From the human T2T-CHM13v2.0 reference genome, Homo sapiens, in NCBI RefSeq assembly GCF_009914755.1, contig NC_060939.1: a stretch of 64,000 nucleotides of DNA. The stretch is one strand, 5' to 3'. The position numbers and the translations under genes were made by a program. Positions 27,044 through 43,227 of this stretch are shown piece after piece. The notes beneath the pieces were generated by a model. It did no database searches. It saw only the letters and a list, made by a program, of their open reading frames with translations, and was not told the origin of the DNA. The stretch's first letter is position 1. Every line of letters begins with the position of its first letter.

Positions 27044-27899
27044 GAAAGAAAGCAATGTACCCGCAAAACAAACAAACAAACAAAAAAACAGTCTCGGGGA
27101 CCTATGGGACTATAACAACTCCGGTCACTGAACTCACGAAGGGACAGGAGAAAGAAGGTGGGGCTGAAACTGTACTCTATGAAGTGATGGCTTACAAGTT
27201 CCCAAATTTGGCAAGAGACATAAATCTACAGATCTAAGGTAAGCAAACCCTAAACAGGATGAACCCAAAGAAATCCAAACTAAGACATATAATAATCAAA
27301 CTCCAAAAAACAAAAGACAAAACATTTCAAAAGCCACTAAACAAAAACAGTGCCTTAACTATCGTAGATTAACAAGTCAAATGACAGCGAATTTCTCATC
27401 AGAAACCATGGAGCCCAGCTGAAAGTACAAAATATTTTTCAAGCGATGAAAAGAACCATTAACCCAGAATTCTTATATCCAGCAAAAATGTCCTTCAGGA
27501 ATGAAAAGGAAAGCAAAACATTCTCAGAGGAAGTGAAACAGAATTTGTCACCAGAAGACCCACACCAAAAGAAAGGCTAATGGAAGTTCTCTAAGCAGAA
27601 TGGCAACCATCAAAGAAGAAAACCCTGGAACTTCTGGAAGGAGGAGATGACAAGCACACCAACGCATAAATACAATAGACTTTTCCCTCACCTCTTGACT
27701 TTGCTAAATTATGTCTGAAGGTTCAACCAAAAATTATAACATTGTCATATGTGGTTATCAATGTAAGTAAATGAAATATTTAAGGCAAGTATATTATGAA
27801 CAGAAGAACATAAAGGAACATCAAGGGAGGTAGTTTCTATATCCCTGAAGCTGGTAAATGACAACATCAGGTAAAATCTGATAAGTGTTCATACATACA

Positions 27900-28235
27900 C
27901 AGGCTGAGTGTCCCTTATAAAATGCTCAGGAGCACAAGTGTTCCAAATTTCAGATTTTTATCAGATTTAGGAATATCTGCATATAAATAATGAGATATTT
28001 TGGGGATAGGACCCAAGTCTAAATACATTCATTTATGTTTTATATATAACTTATACACAGAGCCTGAAGGTAATTTTATATAGCATGCTTAGTAATTTTG
28101 TGCATGAAACAAAGTTCATGCTAAGTACTTATGAATGGAATTTTCAATTTGGGGGCGTCATGCTGGAGTGCCATAAAGTTTCGAATTTTGGGGCATTTCA
28201 GATTTTGGATTTTGGGTTTACAGATGCTCAATCTG
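27900..28235. mobile_element. Tigger4b/Zombi-like TcMar DNA transposon
   Basis: TIRs caggctgagtgtc... / ...gatgctcaatctg; internal ggggataggacccaagtctaaa. Confidence 0.75.
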
Positions 28236-28668
28236 TATGTAATATATTACCTAGAAAAGCCACTAAAAAAGCTATACAAAAAGATACACTCTAAAACACT
28301 ACAGATGAAATAGAATGCTAAAAATGGTCAAGTAAACCACAGAGAGCCAGGAAGAACCAAACCGAAAAAATGAAAAACAGAAGAAATAGAAAATGCAAAA
28401 CAAAATGGCAGTGTTAAGCCTCAATTTATCAATGACATTAAATTAAATGTAAACAATCTAAATACATCAATTAAAAGACACTAGGAGAGTAGACTAGAGA
28501 ACATGATCCAACTATATGTTGTCCATAAGAAAGTGACTTCAAACAGGCAAACTGAAAATAGAAGTATAGAAAAAAAAAGATCATGCAAACATTACTGAAA
28601 GGACAGCAGGAGTTGGCTATATTTATATCAAATAAAGTAAACTTCAGAACAAAGATAATTACCAGGAG

Positions 28669-28959
28669 GGCCGGGCACAGTGGCTCACGCCTGTACTCCT
28701 AGCACTTTGGGAGGCCAAGGTGGGTGGATCTCAGGAGTTTGAGACCAGCCTGGCCAATATGGCAAAACCCCATCTCTACTAAAAATACAAAAATTAGCTG
28801 GGTGTGATGGCAGAAGCCTATAATCCCAGCTTCTCAGGAGGCTGAGGCAGGAGAATCACTTGAACCTGGTAGGGTCGGAAGTTGCAGTGAGCTGAGATCA
28901 TGCCACTTCACTCCTGCCTGGGCAAAAGGAGCGAAACTCCGTCTCAAAAAAAAAAAAAA
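28669..28959 (+). mobile_element. AluSq-like
   Basis: TSD aaagataattaccagga. Confidence 0.9.
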
Positions 28960-30184
28960 GATAATTACCAGGAACCAACGGCAACATTACAAAATGAGAA
29001 CTTGGTCAATCCACCATTAAGACACAGCAATTCGAAACGTGCAGACACCAAACAAACAAAAAAACAATGAATAGAACCGAAAGGAGAAAAAGACATTTAT
29101 ACTTTTATAGTTGGAGACCTCAAAATCTCTCTCTACAGCTGATAAAATTAGGAGACAGAAAAGCTGCCAGGATATAGAACGCAACATCACCATCCATCAA
29201 CTAGAGCCAATCAAAATTTATAGAACACTCCAGCCAATAATAACAGAATACATAATCTTTTCAAGTATCCACAAAACAAATACTAAGTTAGAACATATTC
29301 TGAGGCATAAAACAAACCTAACAAATTTTTTGAAATTAAAATCACACAGCATATGTTCCCTCAAACAATGGGAACAAATCTGAAGTCAACAAGAGAACAA
29401 TTACAGGAAAATTGCCTAACTCTCAGAAACTAAACAATAAACTTTTACATAACCCATGGATCAAAGAGAAAGTCTCAAGGGAAATTTTAAAATATATTGT
29501 GAACTGAGAGAAAATGCAAGTACAATACATCAAAATGTATGGGAAAGAGCTACAGTGGGTGACGAGAGACAAATTTACAGCACTAAATGAATGGTACATT
29601 AGAAACTTGGAAACAAATCAATAATATAAGTGCCCACGTTGACAACCTAAAAGAAAATTAAAAATAGCAAAATCAACCCAAAAGTAAGCAGAAAGGAAGA
29701 AATAATTAAGGTAAGAGTAGAAACAAAGTGAAAACAGAAAAACAATAAACAGTAAAGCAAAAAGCTGGTTCTTTGAAAAGATCAATAAAACTGACACACC
29801 TCTCTAAGCAAGACTGAAAAAAAAAAAAAAGACATAAATTACCCAACATTAGTGATGAAACAGGCTCTAAAGATATGAAAAAAGATAATTAGGAATTACT
29901 AGGAACAACTCTACACACATAACTTTGACAACTTGGGCAAAATAGACTTATTCCTCAAATAATGCAAATTACCACAACTCACCAAATATAAAATAGATCA
30001 TTTGAATAGCTCTACCACTATCAAGAAAACTGAATTCATAATTCAAAGAATCCCAAAAAAAAAAAGAAATTACCAGATCCAAATGAACTCACTGGATAAT
30101 TCCATCAAACATTAAAAAAGAATTAACACAGACTCAAAACAATCTCTTCTGGAAACTAGAAAAGGAAAAACTTCCCAATTCATA

Positions 30185-30283
30185 TTAAGAAGCTAATATT
30201 AGAGCTAATATTAGCATTTTAAGAAGCTAATATTAGAGCTAATATTAGCATTTTAAGAAGCTAATATTAGGTACCGTACCTAA
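30185..30283. repeat. 34-bp tandem repeat (~2.5x) built from palindromic ctaatattag, followed by a 17-bp hairpin
   Basis: ttaagaagctaatattagagctaatattagcatt at 30185, 30219 and 30253; ttaggtac-c-gtacctaa at 30267-30283. Confidence 0.9.
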
Positions 30284-31694
30284 AGACAGTACAAACTACA
30301 GAACAATATACCTTAATATATATATAGACACAAAAATATTCAGTGAATTATTAGCAAGTAGAAGTAAACAATATATAAAAAGAATTCCACATCATCGCCA
30401 AGTAGTTTCATTCCAGGAATGCAAAGCTGGTTCAACAGTCAAATATCAATGTAACCCACCCTATTAATAGACTAAAGAACAAAAATCACATAATTACATA
30501 TCAATTGATTTAGAAAAAGCAAATGACAAAATTCAATACTCGTGAATGATAAAAATTCTCAGAAAATAGCAACAAATGGGAACTTCATCATCTTGATAAA
30601 CAGCATTTACAACACCTTAAGCTAAAACCTATGCCAACAAGAATGTCAGAAAGGGTCCTCCCAGACCTATTTATACAGCAGAGAGAATCATTAAGAATGA
30701 TTTAGATAGTTACTAAGAGTTTACTCTCCTAAGAGATTACAACACCCAATGGCCAGCAAGCCCTTTTCATTAGACAAAAAGAAAAGCTGTGATCTGTCAA
30801 CACTCTCAGAAGGTTCACTGTGAAATGTGCACTTCTGAACTCCTGCTGAGGGCCTACACGCTGCAATGTTGAGAAGCAAGTGTCCAGAGGTCTCCTTGGA
30901 AACATTGCAAAAAAAATGTGAGGGACTGATGGATGAATAGAAGGATGAAAAGGTGGAGAGAACGGTGATAAAGCACGTGGGATGATGCCAGCGGCACAAT
31001 CTTAGGTGGTGAATATGTGGGTGCGCGCTGTAAAATTCTTTCAACTTTTCTGTATATATTTTTTTCATAATAAAATGTTGGAAAAAATAAACCTGTGAAA
31101 AAGGAAGCTTTAGTCAAACATATCTAAGCAAAAGACAAAACAAATTCTAAATTCCTATGGCTCAAATTAACGTGTTTTTCTTTTTAGGCTGAGATGGAAG
31201 AGTAAAAAAACAGAAAAAGAAATGAAAGGAATAGGAGCTATTCTAACAGCTACAAATTCCACCTGCAGTTTGATTAAAGATGGCGTGGCTCAAGAATATG
31301 CTTTGAATCCAAGCCCCTTCAAGGCTGCCAGGTACAGAGTCGGTTCTGCAAAAGCTCTGTACCTGTGAACAAGCAGAGCTTCCAAATAAACCGATTAAAG
31401 CTGCCCTGAGTCAATAAGCCGGGCTTTAATCTGAGCAAGAAAGGTACATTTTTAGTCTAGTTACCCACCCATAACTGTAGGTACTTTGATACCTAGGTGA
31501 GGGGAAACATGGAGAAAGGCAAAATAACAGATTTTTAAAATCACAACAAATCTTTATCAAACATTTGTGCCAGGCACTGACTTAAGAGCTTCAAATGCAT
31601 TATTTCATGTCATTTGCACAGCAACTCTCTGAGTAAGTACTTTCACTTATTTTATATATAATTTTAATTATTTACATTATATTATACTTATTCC

Positions 31695-32000
31695 TTTTTT
31701 TTGTTTGTTTGTTTTGTTTTGAGATGGAGTCTCACCCTGTCACCCAGGCTAGAGTGGTGGTGCAATCTTGGCTCACTGCAAGCTCCGCCTCCTGGGTTCA
31801 TGCCATTCTCCTGCCTGAGCTTCCCGAGTAGCTGGGACTACAGGTGCCCACCACCACGCCCAGCTAATTTTTTTGTATCTTTAGTAGAGACAGGGTTTCA
31901 CCACGTTAGCCAGGATGGTCTCGATCTCCTGACCTCATGATCCGCCCGTCTCAGCCTCCCAAAGTGCTGAGATTACAGGCATGAGCCTCTGCACCCGGCC
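31695..32000 (-). mobile_element. AluY
   Basis: TSD acttattcct. Confidence 0.9.
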
Positions 32001-32241
32001 ACTTATTCCTGTTTTATACATGAGAGGCCCAAGGTGAGACAAAGTGATTTGTGTAGAGTCAGAGATAAAGCCAAAATTGATACCCAGACAGACTGAAAAA
32101 CTTCTCTGTCAGAAAATCTAGAAATGGTAAAGGGAGATCTTCAAACTGAAGGAACATGATAACACAAGGTAGCTGGGACAGAAACAAAACCTTAAGGGCC
32201 CATAATGGTAAAATGAAAGTTAACATAAAAAACTTTTTTTT

Positions 32242-32834
<593 letters not shown>

Positions 32835-33459
32835 AGACTTTTTTTTCTCTTTTCAAATTTGAGGGGAAAAAATGTAATTGCCTATTTAAAGCAAAAACAA
32901 AAACATCATATTGTGGGGTTTATACCATGTTTCACTTGGACATGACACAGCAACACTACCAACCAAGAACATGTCAGAAGCAGGAAGCTACAGTCAGAGC
33001 ACTGCCCCGCGGCTCAGGCAGTGTAATACCATTTGAGAGTGGGCAGTGACAAGTGAAAGATGTAACTGAAAACGCCAGAGATGATAGATTTAAACCCAAG
33101 TAGTCTAAAGATTCCAAATAAAAAACAGAGGTTGTCAGGGTGAATAAAGAAGCAAGACCTAATTAAATGATACCTGAAAGAAATCTACTTTACACATACA
33201 CAAAGTTTGAAAGTGAAAAAAGCTAAACCTGGCAAACACACCACGCAAACACCAAATCAGAAGAAAGGAGAGTAGTCAGACCAAGGTGACTTCACAACAA
33301 AGAATGTCACCGGAGATTAAGGGGGTCAAATTTATGAATATGGCGTAAAAATCCTAAAAGTGCATGCACCTTATAACATTCTCAAATACATGAAGCAAAA
33401 CCTGCAGAGCTGAAAGAAAATAATCCATAATTAGCATGAGAGATTTCAATTCTCCTCAG

Positions 33460-34052
33460 AAGAAAGAGGAACTAAGCAGTGAAATTGCTCTTCATGCCTC
33501 CCCAGCACAATGGAGATACTCCTGGGAAATAAAGCCAGTCACTGGGGCTGATCTCCCAGAACACTGAGACTGGCTTCTCTGTAAATAAATGACTGGTATT
33601 TGCTAGGAGAAGTGTCCTTATCTATGAAATGTTTTTAGCAAGATGTGGTTAGTTTAGGATTGTGTTTGGTAAACATACCTAAAATCCATGGACTTATGGG
33701 ACATGGCTCCCTGGAAAAGGTTCCCTAAGGTGTATAAACTATCTGACTACAAAACGGGAACACTGCACATCCTTAATGCTCCTTGTGCAGTGAGATGACG
33801 ACACACCTCAGTGAGAGGACCACACGCCTCAGTGAGAGGTCTCATCTCGCAGGCCGGGCTCAAAGAGGATGGACCTGCGGGGGTTGCACAGACTCTCCCA
33901 CATCTCTCCCCACTTTGCCTGAGCACACAAGTGAGGATATTACTTGTATCTTTAAAGTTACTAAGTAATCAGCTACGGGTAACATCTCTGAGATTCATGT
34001 CAAACTAATGTGGTAAGCCAACCTTGTGTGTTAGTTCAACTCCTCTCCTAAC
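33460..34052 (+). mobile_element. Solo LTR-like insertion within L1 (family unassigned)
   Basis: Non-L1 block of ~590 bp ending ...ctaaca, splitting collinear L1 sequence. Confidence 0.45.
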
Positions 34053-35610
34053 AGTGACTAGAACAAGCAGGCAGAAAACTATTTCAAGTCAAGGATACCT
34101 GAACACTATCAACTTGATCTCACTAAGCTTTACAGAGCAGCAAAATACACTTTTTTTTTTTTTTGAGATGTAGTCTTGCTTTGTCACCCAGACTAAAGTG
34201 CAGGGGTGCAATCGAGATTACAGGCACCCACCACCACACCCAGCTAATTTTTGTATGTTTCGTAGAGACAGGGTTTCACTATGTTGGCCAGGCTGGTCTC
34301 GAACTCCTGACCTCAAGTAATCCACCCACCTCAGCCTCCCAAAGTGTTGAGATTACAGGCAGGAGCCACTGCACCCAGCCACATTCTTATTACATGTGCA
34401 TGAAACATTCCACAGAATGCACCATATTCTGGGGCTTCAGACAAGCCTCAGCATTGAAATCACAGAATATGTTCTCTGACTACAACTAATTTAGAAATTG
34501 TTAACAGGAGATATTTGAAAATCCCCAAATATTTGGAAATGAAATAACACATTTCCAAATAATAAGTGAGTAAAAGAAGAAATTAAAAGGGAAATTAGAA
34601 AATATTTTCAACTGAATGAAGATGAAAATGAATAAACATTTCCAAATTTGTGAAATGTGGCTAAACAATGCTTAGAGGGAAATTTATATTATAGTTTTGA
34701 ACACTTGTTAGAAAAGACAAAAAATCTGAAGTCAATGATCTAAGCCTTTACCTTAAGAAACTAGAAGAGACAGAAGAACAAATGGAACCCAAAGCCAGCA
34801 GAAAAAAGGAAATAATAAAGAGTAAAGCAGAAATCAATGAAAAAGAAAACAAACAAAATCAATAAAACCAACAACTGGTTCTTTGAAAAAACTCAAACTG
34901 ATGACTTCTAGAAAGACTGATCAAAATCGAAAGAGAGAAAATACAAGGCACATTTCAGCAAATTTCTGGATAACAGGTAGTATATGCTGGTACTTACTAC
35001 ATGCAAAATAATAGCATACGCACTTTGTCTGGCCTACTGTACTGATCCCATAATAACCTATGAGGTAGGTACTACTACTAACCCCAAATACGAATTTTTT
35101 TTTAAGAGACAGGGTCTCACCCTGTCACCCAGGCTGGAGTGTAGAGGCACAATCATAGATCACTGCAGCTTCAAACTGATGGCCTCAAGCAATTCTCTCA
35201 CCTCAGCGTCCCAAAGTGCTGGGATTACAGGCGTGAGCTACCATGCATGGTGTCACTAATTATTTTTATATATGTACATTTACATATGTATGTCCATGCC
35301 AGGAAAGAAAAGCCTGAATATCCACTCTGAAGGGATAATAGTGGCTAACTCTTAGAGGAAAACTGAAATTGGGGTGGGCAGCCAGGTGAAATTTCTGCTT
35401 TTATAATCGATACATTTTTATAAGAAAACATTTATTTGATGTATATTTTTAATTGGAACGAAAATGCATCAGACATTTTAAAAAATTCAATTACACACAA
35501 AAAAGTAAGCAAAGAATAAATATATGGGTTTTACTGGGTTGGAGAAAGGGAAGAGATTATGAAAGTCCATCCATGATAAGGAACTCCTATAACCCAAAAC
35601 AAAAAACTCA

Positions 35611-36188
<578 letters not shown>

Positions 36189-36749
36189 TCAGCATGACTA
36201 ATCAACAGGGAAATACAAATCAAAACAATGAGATGCTGTACCTACTCACACAAATTAGGATGGTTATCATCAGAAAACAAAAAGTGTTGGTGAGGGTGTG
36301 GAGAAATTGGAACCTTAGTATACTGCTGCAAGAATGTAAAACAATGTAGCCACTGTGGAAAACAGTTTACTGCTTCCTCAAAAAGTTACACATAGTGCCA
36401 GGTGCGATGGCTCACATCTGAAATCTCAGCAACTCAGGAGTCTGAGGCAGGAAGATCCCGTGAAGCCAGGAGTATAAGACCGGCCTGGGCAACACAGTGA
36501 GATTCTGTCTCTAATTAGTCAAGCGTGATGGCTGGGCAACAATGTCAATATATTTAATGCCAATGAACTGTACACATAAAACTGGTTAAAACGGTAAGTT
36601 ACATGGTATGTATATTTTACCACAATATTTAAATTTTTTAATTAGTTTTTAAAAAATTGTTACCAAAAAAATACTAAGAATCCATTCAAGTTATTTAGAA
36701 AGGGAGTGTCAGATCAACCTTTCCAAAGTGCCAAAATTCGCAAGATCAC

Positions 36750-36881
36750 CTGGTTGCTTGCCCCATACCCAGCTGTCCAGAATTGACTTGGCCCTATATA
36801 TAGGTGCAGGAGTTTCTTCTTCATCTTTTTTCTCTTTGTCATTCAGATCTTTCTTTGTCCCACTTGGTTCGACACTATCAT
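36750..36881 (-). pseudogene. HERC2: HERC2-like exon ~4 (132 bp; one codon shorter than recalled HERC2)
   Basis: DDSVEPSGTKKDLNDKEKKDEEETPAPIYRAKSILDSWVWGKQP; AG/GT intact. Confidence 0.95.
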
Positions 36882-37070
36882 CTGCAGAATTAAAAATTTT
36901 TTAATCTGTCACCGCTTTTCAGAATGTCATACCGTTAGCCTCTGCAAATGTCCCTCCCCGAAATGTTACAACACACATGATTAACTGAATGCTTGACAAC
37001 TTAAAAATAAAATACATCAATCATACCTGTAACAGATCCAGTATAATTTTCATAAAGAAACCAATATATT

Positions 37071-37387
<317 letters not shown>

Positions 37388-37929
37388 TTAAAGGATGTCT
37401 TCCAAAATGATATTCCATCTACTTCCTAGTACATTTCTTAACTGAGAAACTTAAGTCTTTCATATTTACCTACTTCAATTTCACACCAATTGCTTTTATC
37501 CAGTGAGTCTCAGTGCTTGTGTATCCATGGGAAAAGGGAGGGTGTAGAACAAGAGTATGATTCAAAAATCTTTTAACTCTTTACAAGGCCCTACTCCACT
37601 GCCAACTGGGAAGCACTGCTATGCAGGGGCACTGTCACTGCTGGCATAATTCAAGAGCACTGGGACACAAAGGAAAAGCTGAGAAAAATCACTTTAGGCC
37701 ACTGACAATGTCAAGTTTCAGTCAAAAACAACTGTCATAAAACTCCTTACACAGTAAGCGAAGAGAAGAGAGAACTAACCTTAACCTTGAAGTGTAAACA
37801 CACTCCATCACAGAAGGCTGTGACTAAATGTCTAACAACATAATTAGAAAAATGTATCTCAATCGGGGAAAGACATGATATCCCATCCAGATTACAAATA
37901 ATGACTATCTAAAAATCTCGAAGGAAACA

Positions 37930-38080
37930 GTTCCTCTGTTTACAACACTTCTGACACCAAATGTATGGACTTTTGCACCAAGCAATTCTCCAGTTCTCTG
38001 CGACACCCAGCTTTGTGTCCCACAGTGCAATTCAATTCTGAAACTAACTACCTAGAATTAGCACAGACCCCACAGGTTAA
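37930..38080. mobile_element. MER21-like LTR fragment
   Basis: cacttctgacaccaaatgt...aattcaattctga..ctaactacc...gcacagaccccacaggttaa. Confidence 0.55.
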
Positions 38081-38312
38081 TAACAAGAGAGAAAAGGTGA
38101 ATGCTGAAAAAAATATCCAAAGAACTAATGGCTGAAAACTTCCTAGGTTCAGCAAATGACATAAACCCAGGCAGACTGAAGAATCTGCACAAAGCCCACA
38201 CAAGATAAATCCAAAGGAAGCCATGACGAGGCACATCATAATCAACTGCTAAACACTAAGGACAAAACCTTTTGAAAAGTGCCACGGAAAGTAGATACAG
38301 AAGAATTTCTCG

Positions 38313-38740
38313 TGTGGCCTGAAATTAAGACTAAATATTACGTGCTGCCTTGACATTGGTAAAATCAAGAAGGCCTCAAATAGCCTAACCACAAGGTCTC
38401 CCCTGAGCTCTGCTCTCACGGATAAGATCCCAAAGCCAAACAACCTCCTTATCGCGGAAACCCGACCCCAGCCTGCTCATCCCTGCCGGCCCAGAGTTAT
38501 TCAAACAAGCCAGTCACATCTTCCCATGGAAGCAAGGTCATCTCACCCTCCTGTTACTACAAAATGTGCCTCCCACAGCCCCTCGTGGTTCGCTCTGTTC
38601 CCAAGTGCAGCCCCCGTGTGGCATGCGGTGTCCCCCACCCCAGGGCTGTGAGCATGCGTGACTAATAAACTGCTATTTCATCTGTCCAGTGTCGGTGTCC
38701 TACGTTCAGCCATCCCATATCCCTAGGGCAGGAATCTTCT
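38313..38740 (+). mobile_element. LTR47-like ERVL LTR
   Basis: aaattaagactaaatattacgtgctgccttgacat...gtgactaataaactgct...catctgtccagtgtcgg. Confidence 0.65.
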
Positions 38741-39147
38741 AGGGTTATAAACAGAACTTTAATCAACCTCTCCTTGGTTATTTTACTGGTTCCATGATAC
38801 AGCTTTTTCTGTGCAAAAGATCTGAACAGAAACTCACAGAGGATACAAGAGTGGCAAAAAAGAACATGATATTCAGCATTGTTAGCCATTACAGAATTGC
38901 AAATTAAAACCACAATGAGATCCCACTAGACTTGTTAGAATGGCTCAACTAAAAATCACTGATAACACCAAGTGCTAACAAAGACACAGAGCAACAGAAA
39001 CGTGACAGATTGTCAGCGGGAATGCAAACTAAAACAGCCTCCAGTTTACCAAGGTAGACACCTCGAGTCACAGAATACAGAGTAGAACCCAGCCAGGAAC
39101 ACGGCTCAGGTGAGAACACAGGTGCTGGCTCTGAATGCCAGACTCTG

Positions 39148-39149
<2 letters not shown>

Positions 39150-39184
<35 letters not shown>
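39150..39184. repeat. (TG)n microsatellite
   Basis: About 17 TG units. Confidence 0.95.
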
Positions 39185-39805
<621 letters not shown>

Positions 39806-40035
39806 CCCTACATCTGGCTATAAATTTTACAAATTTGACAAATTCTGAGACCCTGTCTCAGAAAATAAAATAAAATATTCATAGTCTTAATAATGGAAAA
39901 CAAAAACATTTACTGAATGCCAAAACATCTCCCTAACAATCCCAATCAGTTGGGATCTACATAAAGAACAATTATGCTCTGCTTTCCAACCATGATTTTT
40001 AAAAGAACAAAAGACAAAAAAATTCATCAAATGTG

Positions 40036-40338
40036 GGCTGGGCATGGTGGCTCACACCTGTAAACCCAGCACTTTGGGAGGCCGAGGTGGGCAGATTATG
40101 AGGTCAGGAGTTCAAGACCAGCCTGACCAAGATGGTGAAACTCCGTCTTTACTAAAAATTCAACAATTAGCTGGGCATGGTGGAGGGCGCCTGTAATCCT
40201 AGCTGAGTACTCAGGAGGCTGAGGCAGAGAACTGCTTGAACCCGAGAGGAAGGGGTTGCAGTGAGCCAAAATCATGCCGCTGCACCCCAGCCTGAGCGAC
40301 AGAACAAGACTCCCTCTCGAGAGGAAAAAACAAAAAAA
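40036..40338 (+). mobile_element. AluSg-like
   Basis: TSD aaaaaaattcatcaaatgt. Confidence 0.9.
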
Positions 40339-40544
40339 ATTCATCAAATGTAATGAATAAAACATATACTTTGGATTTTGCCATGTACTTAGCTTTTCTT
40401 AGAGCACCTTTTAGAACTATTGTTTCACAGAAAACACTTTGGGAAATGTTTTAATTTATAAACAAATACTGGAGGGCTAGGAAGAAGAGGTTAAAACTTT
40501 TTAAAATATACAGAATGAATTACTGATACAGAAAAACAAAAAAA

Positions 40545-41404
40545 GGTTGCTGATTCCTGTCTTGGAAGACACTGTCATATGGACACTCTTAGCCTCAGCA
40601 TCCAGAGGTCCAGAAAGGGAAAATTTCAAGTCAGAGAGAATTCTATATATACCACTTACTTGGAACATTCAGCCCTCAAAATCCCAACATCATGACCTCA
40701 GTTTCAACACAATTGTCCTTAGTCCTTATGTCACTGCTTTTGGTGCTGCCTGCTGTCAAGGCAGTGGAAGCCAGTGATGCAACTGCTCTCTCGTTAAAAG
40801 GTGTGGTTCTCAGTATTACAGGTGTTCGTACTTGCTTGCGGGTATACGCACGAAAGATAAAAATGAACAGATGTGACTTTGAAGGGCCTAATGAATGAAA
40901 CCTCACCCTGAAAACCTTTGTGCTACTGAAACTAAATGTAAGCTTTGGTGTCTGAAAGTTTCCAAGAATTAGTAAGTAGGAGAGTTTTACTTTCTGAGTT
41001 GATTCCATGAAATGGGAACAAATTGGTACATAAATGGATTTTGCCCAGAATCCTAGGAAATCGCCACTGTTCAGTCGTAATCACTGCCTCCTAAATCACT
41101 GAGTCTGTTCTCTGTATTTTTATTAGACTTTTGTCATCTCCCAAATTCAGATATCCAATAGTCAGCCAAAAAGGGAAACTTTTATCTCTGGAAAGAAAAA
41201 AAATCATTTAGAAAAATGTATTCAGTGTATCTAATACTGAAATGGAGAAAAGACTTAATGTTAAAGAAAAAAAAAAACACTATAGACATTGACATGGAAA
41301 AGAGATTTAATGTTAATAAAAACTTTATATTAACTGAGTAACACCTCCTGATGAGAAGTGCTATATTAAATATAAACCCATTATGTTGTTTAAAAAAAAA
41401 AAAA
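40545..41404 (+). pseudogene. SMIM30: Processed (retrotransposed) copy of SMIM30/LINC00998 mRNA
   Basis: Intronless, with an ORF matching the recalled SMIM30 peptide, an AT-rich 3'UTR, AATAAA at 41315, ATTAAA at 41365 and an A13 tail at 41392-41404. It interrupts an old L1 3' end (aatgaattactgataca... / ...catgaaaatcaaaagc). Confidence 0.88.
40692..40898 (+). CDS. SMIM30: SMIM30-like microprotein ORF (68 aa) in retrocopy; expression unknown
   Basis: MTSVSTQLSLVLMSLLLVLPAVKAVEASDATALSLKGVVLSITGVRTCLRVYARKIKMNRCDFEGPNE versus recalled SMIM30 MTSVSTQLSLVLMSLLLVLPVVEAVEAGDAIALLLGVVLSITGICACLGVYARKRNGQM. Confidence 0.45.
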   Translation: MTSVSTQLSLVLMSLLLVLPAVKAVEASDATALSLKGVVLSITGVRTCLRVYARKIKMNRCDFEGPNE

Positions 41405-41845
41405 CATGAAAATCAAAAGCACTAAACAGAGTGAAAGAAGCCAAGACACAGAAGAACCCGACTACATGATTCCATGTATGGAGTTCTAGAACAGGCGCAA
41501 TTTGTCAATGCTGGAGAAACATCAGGCCAGCTATTGCCTCTGGGAAGAAGGGGCAGGACACCAGAGAACTTTCTGAGCAAGAGTCATGATAAAGATGTGG
41601 GTTACACGGGTTACATTTGTCAAAACTTGTGAAATGGTAAACTCAAAATAGATACATTTCATTATATATAAATTTTACCTGAAAGTCAAAAACAAAGTTG
41701 AACTAGAATCAATTACATACATGAGTGTCTAAGGAGCTAGGTGAGACAAACGGTGGATGGACAGACAGCAGGATGTGGAGCCAAATACGGTGGTAGAACA
41801 TGGAGGTGGGTCTGCAGCCACTCACTGTACACGTCTGTCAGTTAT

Positions 41846-41867
41846 TGTGTGTGTGTGTGTGTGTGTG
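41846..41867. repeat. (TG)n microsatellite
   Basis: About 11 TG units. Confidence 0.9.
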
Positions 41868-41939
41868 AATATTTTCAAACAAATATAAAAAATAAATTAA
41901 AATAAAAACACAGGTAACTCTGCTTGACACTGAAACTGA

Positions 41940-42281
<342 letters not shown>

Positions 42282-42340
42282 CCCAAGTATTTTCAAGTGG
42301 ACACCATCCCAATTCATTCCACAAAAGAAGAATAAATACT

Positions 42341-42679
<339 letters not shown>

Positions 42680-43227
42680 CTATTTCAACTTAGAATAAAT
42701 ACTTTCTAAAGTGGTAGCTTTATCCACGTTGATGACTCTCAAGCAGGGGGACCAACGAACTTCAACAGTGGTTCTCAACCAAGGATCTTTTCAGATTCAA
42801 CAAGTTTAGGGTGTATACAAGCATCCATTTTTTTAAACCTCAATGGGGACTCTGAAACACAGCCACTGTTATGAACAACCCAATGATAGTCCTATTGAGC
42901 ATGCAAAACTACAACGCTAAATAAGATTGTTCAATGGCATTTCCTTGCAGGCCAAAGGCTTCCAATAAGTGTTTAATACACCCCCAAAGAACACCACAAA
43001 TGCAGCAAGACGGTTTTGCAATAAAAATGCCTTCAATTCACGTAAAACAATAAAATCCGGGCAGCTTGTATTAACTACCATTTTAGACAACAATCTCCAA
43101 AGTAAAAAGCAAAACTTCAAAGAGTTAAGCTCAAAGCTCCTGTTCCTATAGCACATTACAAAATTTCTATAAAATGCATTTTATAATGGTCTTTACCAAA
43201 TAAAAAACACTAGTTAAAGGCCCTTAC

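Larger units (their letters stand above)
27090..30620 (+). mobile_element. Old L1M ORF1-ORF2 fragment
   Basis: tttctcatcagaaaccatggag, ttatatccagcaaaaatgtccttc, gctggttctttgaaaagatcaataaaa. Confidence 0.8.
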
